Source: Macrostomum lignano (lineage: Eukaryota). Taken from it: DNA of 64,000 nt. This document shows positions 58,392-64,000 of the stretch, one piece after another (position 1 is the stretch's first letter; the number at the start of each line of letters is the position of its first letter). A model generated the notes under the pieces. The model worked only from the letters and a program-made list of their open reading frames with translations. It did not search any database and was not told the origin of the DNA. The stretch lies in contig NIVC01000897.1 in the NCBI GenBank assembly GCA_002269645.1, positions 62,001-126,000 of the forward strand. Reading direction: 5' to 3'. Position numbers and translations under genes: made by a program.

Positions 58392-60139
58392 GTCGAATGG
58401 CTGCAGTAGGATTAGCTGAGCTTCATGTAGCTTATTGATTAATATTGTTTAATTATGCAGAATAAAAGTTCTCTACGCTGGGGCAAGCATAGAAGTCACT
58501 GACTGTGGTGTAACTACGAACTATATTGAATAAATAATTAATTAACCGCATGCCGGACGCCAACTAAACTTGGGCCAAATGAGCAGAATAAGTTCTTACT
58601 TTGCCTAGTCGGCGCTCGTATGGCTTAGACTTTCTGTAATTTCTACTGTAAATCTACTGTCATTACTGTAGCTCGTAAAAGATTCCCTATGAAAGATAAC
58701 GGAGAGTTTGCCCCCCCCTCCAAGTCGCTGCTCACAGCTTCAACCAAAGACACGGAACAGGTTTAGCTGAACCCTTGGTCAGAGAAGCCCGATATTTTTC
58801 TGCATTTGGAAAGTTTTGTCTATGGTTTAAAGTACATCTTGACCGGCCCTCCGTATTACTACACCTTTTTACTACACAAAATTATCCATTCAGACTGAGG
58901 ATAATTTTGTCTATGGCTAAACCTTACTTCGGTTAGAATGTTTTGAGCTGGGGTTAGACTGGGCCCCAGTCTAAATTATCTGAATTGAATTTCCGCTAGT
59001 TTTTTTTAGAACTGGACTTTGATCAAAATTGAACGTGAAAAGGTGTACTATTCTAGTAGGAGCGTCACTTTCACTGAACTCGATTTCACTACAAAGAGCT
59101 ACAAAGACTTGAAAAAACTGATATTGCCCTAGTGACAGCTCAGCATAATACGAACTGAATTATGGACAGACCATCGGGGCTTCACACACTCAGCCAGTGC
59201 GCTGGGTGCAGGAGCTGCTTATAAGCGGCACCTGAGCAAACTCAGTCTGTAAGCAGCAACTCTAATTAATTGAATTGAATTAAGCGGGAAATTCTCTCTC
59301 TTACGTCGGAAGCCATGATTGATGACGCGCGCGCCAAGACGACAAAGCGATGCAAAATTTGCTTCTCGTTACAGACAGGGCTGGTCCTGCTGGCTTAGGG
59401 CTTTTCTGTGATCGACCTGTGAAAGCCTGGGGGAGGTGGAGCAGAGCTCAGTGGACTGAACGGAACCTAGGGGCGGAGGAGAGGCTCTCTCTCTCTCTCT
59501 CTCTCTCACTATTTTTAATGCTGCGACTCAATCCGACCCTGCACCTCCGGATGAGGCATAAAGCGAAGAGGACGGGAGGCTGGGAGGCAGAGATAGAAAT
59601 GGAGGATGAAGCACATAGCGCTGCCATTGGCCGCGGATGCCCTCCTCCCAGTCCTGACGCTTGCGGCTCCGCGGGCCAAGCCAGGTGGAAATTCCACGCC
59701 CCGCCCTCAGCTCGTGCCCAGCCGGCCTCAACGCATTTTGGCATTTTTTAGGGGGAAAAATAGCAAAGCAGCGCGAGTAACGGGAGGAGAGAGAGGAGAG
59801 AATCTGTGCGGGATGATGAGGAAGGAAAGCAGGGATTAGGCCACAATGGCTGGGGATCAAGGGGTGAGCTGGGGACGGGGAGTAGGGCTAGTTAGTCTCA
59901 GATTATAATGGAAAGTCAGCGCGAACGCAACGGGAGGCAGAGGCGGCTCAAATCGGGGCTTCTGAGCAGCAGCTGCTCGCGACTTGAGATACGCTTCGGC
60001 TACGCAAATGCAATCCACTGCAGAAGGCAGCAGTGATCAGATGCATTTGCTCTGCTCTGTCTGCACTGCCCAGACTTTGTATCTCCGGCATCATCTTTTC
60101 TCTTTTTCGATATGCTTCATTTCCATCTCTTATCCCTAT

Positions 60140-60710
60140 TCTATCCCCTCTCTTATCCCCTCTCCTATCCCCTCTCCTATCCCCTCTCCTATCCCCTCTC
60201 CTATCCCCTCTCCTATCCCCTCTCCTATCCCCTCTCCTATCCCCTCTCTTGTACCTCCCTATCCCCTCTCCTATCCCCTTTCTTATCCCTCTCATATCCC
60301 CTTTATTATCCCTCTCCTATCCCCTCTCTTATCCCTCTCCTATCCCCTCTCTTATCCCTCCCTATCCCCTCTCCTATCCCCTCTCCTATCCCCTCTCCTA
60401 TCCCCTCTCCTATCCCCTCTCCTATCCCCTCTCCTATCCCCTCTCCTATCCCCTCTCCTATCCCCTCTCCTATCCCCTCTCCTATCCCCTCTCCTATCCC
60501 CTCTCCTATCCCCTCTCTTGTACCTCCCTATCCCCTCTCCTATCCCCTTTCTTATCCCTCTCCTATCCCCTTTATTATCCTTCTCCTATCCCTTTTACTA
60601 TCCCTCTCCTATTCCCTCTCCTATCCTCTCCTATCCCCTCTCTTATCCCCTCTCCAACCCCTCTCCTACCCCTATCCTAATCCCCTCCCTATTTCCTACC
60701 CCCTCTATTT
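60140..60710. repeat. 12-bp pyrimidine-rich repeat (CTATCCCCTCTC)n
   Basis: Seen directly. Confidence 0.94.
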
Positions 60711-61550
60711 ACTAATTCCTTCTCTATCTACCCATATCCCTCTCTTCTATTTACTTCCCCTCTCAAACCTCATTTCTATCCTCTATGCTCCATTCCTCTC
60801 TGAGCTATCCGCCTCTGGTATTGTCACCTAAGCTAACTAACTAGCAAGGGCTAGATTAGATGTACAGCCAAGCTCAGTCGCAGAGCCATAAAGCTAATCA
60901 GCTCAATTAGCAATAGTTTGGCTGCATGTCATTCCAAATTACCGGAGATGATAAAGTGTCTGGACAAATTTAGAACGAATAAAAACAAAAAGCAAGATAT
61001 AAATTGATGAATGCACTGACTACCAAACAGCGAAATACTAGCTCTTATGTCTCTGCACTGTCAGTCATTGCTCCAACAATAAATGTTTATTTGTTAAATA
61101 ATTTTATTCAATTATTAGGATACTGATGCAGTAAAGCATAAGACTGAGGTTCCTAGCTCAGCAGTTCGGTATTGCAGTTAGCTTGTCCTATATATATATA
61201 CAATGGTGCGAGATGACAATAACACATTATTTAATCAACTTCGTGGGATAATTATTGCTAAAGGCATGCAATGACTGACCATCTACTCGTAACTGAGCGA
61301 GAGGGTGTATTGGAGCAAAGTTCAGAGAACCACAATAAGCACTATAAAATAGCCGTTGAACTTTGCAATACAAACCAAAAAAGCAAGCAGATGGGCAGAT
61401 TGCCCAGCAAGTCCAGGGAGGGGGGGGGGTTAACGTTGACTGCAATCTTATTTTACTAATTTCTCCGTTTCCCTCTCGTACATAACCTTGCCTGTAAGAT
61501 TTGCCAGCAACCATGTACACTGCTGCCCCGCTCAACCTCTTTGCCCACCT

Positions 61551-61950
61551 GAATTCTATTGCCTACAATGTACACTGTTTTTCTACCCCGAACCCCCCTG
61601 AAATGTACACCGCACGTCTAGATTCTATTGCCTACAATGTACACTGTTTTTCTACCCCGAACCCCCCTGAAATGTACACCACACGTCTAGATTCTATTGC
61701 CTACAATGTACACTGTTTTTCTACCCCGAACCCCCCTGAAATGTACACCGCACGTCTAGATTCTATTGCCTACAATGTACACTGTTTTTCTACCCCGAAC
61801 CCCCTGAAATGTACACCACACGTCTAGATTCTATTGCCTACAATGTACACTGTTTTTCTACCCCGAACCCCCATGAAATGTACACCGCACGTCTAGATTC
61901 TATTGCCTAAAATGTACACTGTTTTTCTATCCCGAACCCCCCCTGAAATG
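61551..61950. repeat. 69-bp minisatellite
   Basis: About 5.8 units GATTCTATTGCCTACAATGTACAC...GCACGTCTA. Confidence 0.95.
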
Positions 61951-62729
61951 TACACTGCCCGTCGAAATTCAGTCTAATCTATCTGACCCCAATTCTAAGT
62001 TTTTTTAACTCAAGACCAAAATACCATTCATTATCTTTCGACACCATTGCAAACAAACATTTTCTAGCATAAAGCGTGCCAATGACCAATGAGTCCCGTT
62101 TGCTATCAAGCAATCTTGGAGAGCTCTCTCGCCAAATTAAATGGTTTTCCCCTATATTACAAGGTTGGTTAAAGCCAAAAGAAATGCATGCCGCAACGAT
62201 GCATTAATTTGATTTTTCATTCGCACTGACGATGTCAAGGGGACAGCAAAAGCAAGACGAATTGAACCAGAAAGAGAACCTACCTACTTATAGTAGCTAT
62301 CGACAGATGAACAAGCTCGGCTGATTTTGACGCAGAAACTTACTAAGCGGCTAAGAAATTTTCCGATTTTTTGGCAGTGGATCTTGCAATAGAAGTGAGC
62401 CGTTCTTTCTCAGTCAGTCAAAAAGTAGAGTAGATTGCCATTCTGAATACTGATAGAGTGTCAAGGTGTGAAGCGCAATCTACACTGCACAGAAACTCGC
62501 ATTGAGCTACATGCAGCAATCCGCAAAGATGAATATAACGCGCTAAAATGTTTACTAGAAAATTTTACCGCATCGACGAAAAGGGTGGAGAAGGGGAGGC
62601 GGCGAGTTAAGGCAGCGAAACTTGGTGCGAATTGTGCAACAATGCGAACAAGTACAAGCCTAATAAAGATATTGCAATGCTTTGCTTCAGGGTTCGTTAG
62701 CGATTTCCTGATAGATTGATCCCTATCTA

Positions 62730-62946
62730 TCAGCGCCTCTGTTGGTTCTGTACTAGAAGCTTGTTGATGAAGGACACGATGGCCGGCGCTGGCTGCTGCG
62801 GATCGAACTCGCAGGCAAGTACGCAGGTGTTCTCCGACGGGCCGAAGTGCCCGCCCACGCCGCCTACTGCACCGCCTTTCCGGGCTACAAAGCCGAATAG
62901 TCGGGGGCTCTTCAAGCCCCTCACTGACAGTTCCGGGTGGGCGAAT
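62730..62946 (-). CDS. TNS: Tensin family, last coding exon (C-terminal end of PTB domain); the gene continues beyond the window end
   Basis: [45 protein letters not shown] matches the recalled tensin C-terminus ([36 protein letters not shown]). Acceptor probably at 62946, alternatively about 62925. Confidence 0.82.
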
Positions 62947-63042
62947 CTGGAATGGTTCGGGTGCAGGTGCTGCTTATTGTTGCTAGGCTTCACTTGCGTA
63001 ATGGTGGAGAGAGATCGCAAAGAGAGTAGGAATGGAATGAAC

Positions 63043-63600
63043 TGAGGAGAGAGTCAGGATGACAGTAGGAGCGGAGGAGATTCTGAGGAGGGCAGTAGGG
63101 AGCGGAGGAGATTCTGAGGATAACAGTAGGGAGCGGAGGAGATTCTGAGGAGGACAGTTGGGAGCGGAGGAGATTCTGAGGATAACAGTAGGGAGCGGAG
63201 GAGATTCTGAGGAGGACAGTTGGGAGCGGAGGAGATTCTGAGGATAACAGTAAGGAGCGGAGGAGATTCTGAGGAGGACAGTAGGGAGCGGAGGAGATTC
63301 TGAGGAGGACAGTAGGGAGCGGAGGAGATTCTGAGGATAACAGTAAGGAGCGGAGGAGATTCTGAGGAGGACAGTAGGGAGCGGAGGAGATTCTGAGGAG
63401 GACAGTAGGGAGCGGAGGAGATTCTGAGGATGGCAGTAGGGAGCGGAGGAGATTCTGAGGATGGCAGTAGGGAGCGGAGGAGATTCTGAGGATGACAGTA
63501 GGGAGCGGAGGAGATTCTGAGGAGGACAGTAGGGAGCGGAGGAGATTCTGAGGATGGCAGTAGGGAGCGGAGGAGATTCCGAGGATGACAGTAGGGAGTG
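63043..63600. repeat. 31-bp purine-rich minisatellite (GGGAGCGGAGGAGATTCTGAGGAGGACAGTA)n
   Basis: About 18 units, probably in the last tensin intron. Confidence 0.95.
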
Positions 63601-64000
63601 AAGAGAGGTTCAGGGATGAAAGAAGGGAGCGGAAGAGATTCTCGGGAGTAAGGGAGATGATGGATTATATGGCGGTGAGATGCAATAGATCAAAGCAAGC
63701 TGATAGTGAAGTAGGCAGCACTGGAACGAAATTAGTGTAGCAAGAATGTACTAGATAATGGATATGGAATGGATTCGATTTTAAAGCTCTTACAAACTAA
63801 CTAATTAGACTACGGGATAATCACTTAATCAGCTTTTCATATTATAACAAACAGGAGAATGAAATCCTCAGATAGAATTCTAACTGTTCTGAAAACTCAC
63901 TTTGATGCTTCACCTACCTGCGATCCTGGTTGTCCAATCCGCAGTACAGAACGGACGCCAGCGGATAGTTGCGTCGGAAGAAAAGTTTCCGATGATTGTC

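Overview
Animal (metazoan) genomic DNA with GT-AG spliceosomal introns and very many minisatellites. The style suggests a flatworm such as Macrostomum, but this is inference only. Five complete multi-exon genes could be assembled by hand with every splice phase consistent: Lhx2/9 (apterous) LIM-homeobox (+), a TTLL10-like tubulin ligase (-), a CUPID/DUF3338-domain protein without FERM (-), a glutaminase-like protein with ankyrin repeats (-) and an MFSD4A-like transporter (-). The last exon of a tensin (-) is also present. Most long ORFs in the supplied track are artefacts of tandem repeats. Main highlights: (1) the glutaminase-like gene has an intact ORF but has lost its catalytic S-x-x-K motif and the catalytic tyrosines; (2) the TTLL10-like gene has an intact ORF but has lost its metal/ATP-binding ExN and HLTN motifs, so both look like pseudoenzymes; (3) all 21 introns longer than about 450 nt carry a tandem array, nearly always a private unit, while the 9 short introns carry none; (4) every start codon is preceded within 2-27 nt by an unpaired 3' splice site, hinting at trans-splicing or operons; (5) a tRNA-derived CORE-like SINE is present in three copies; (6) a 6.2-kb satellite is shared with an intron 17 kb away. 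Homology calls are from recalled motifs, not database searches.
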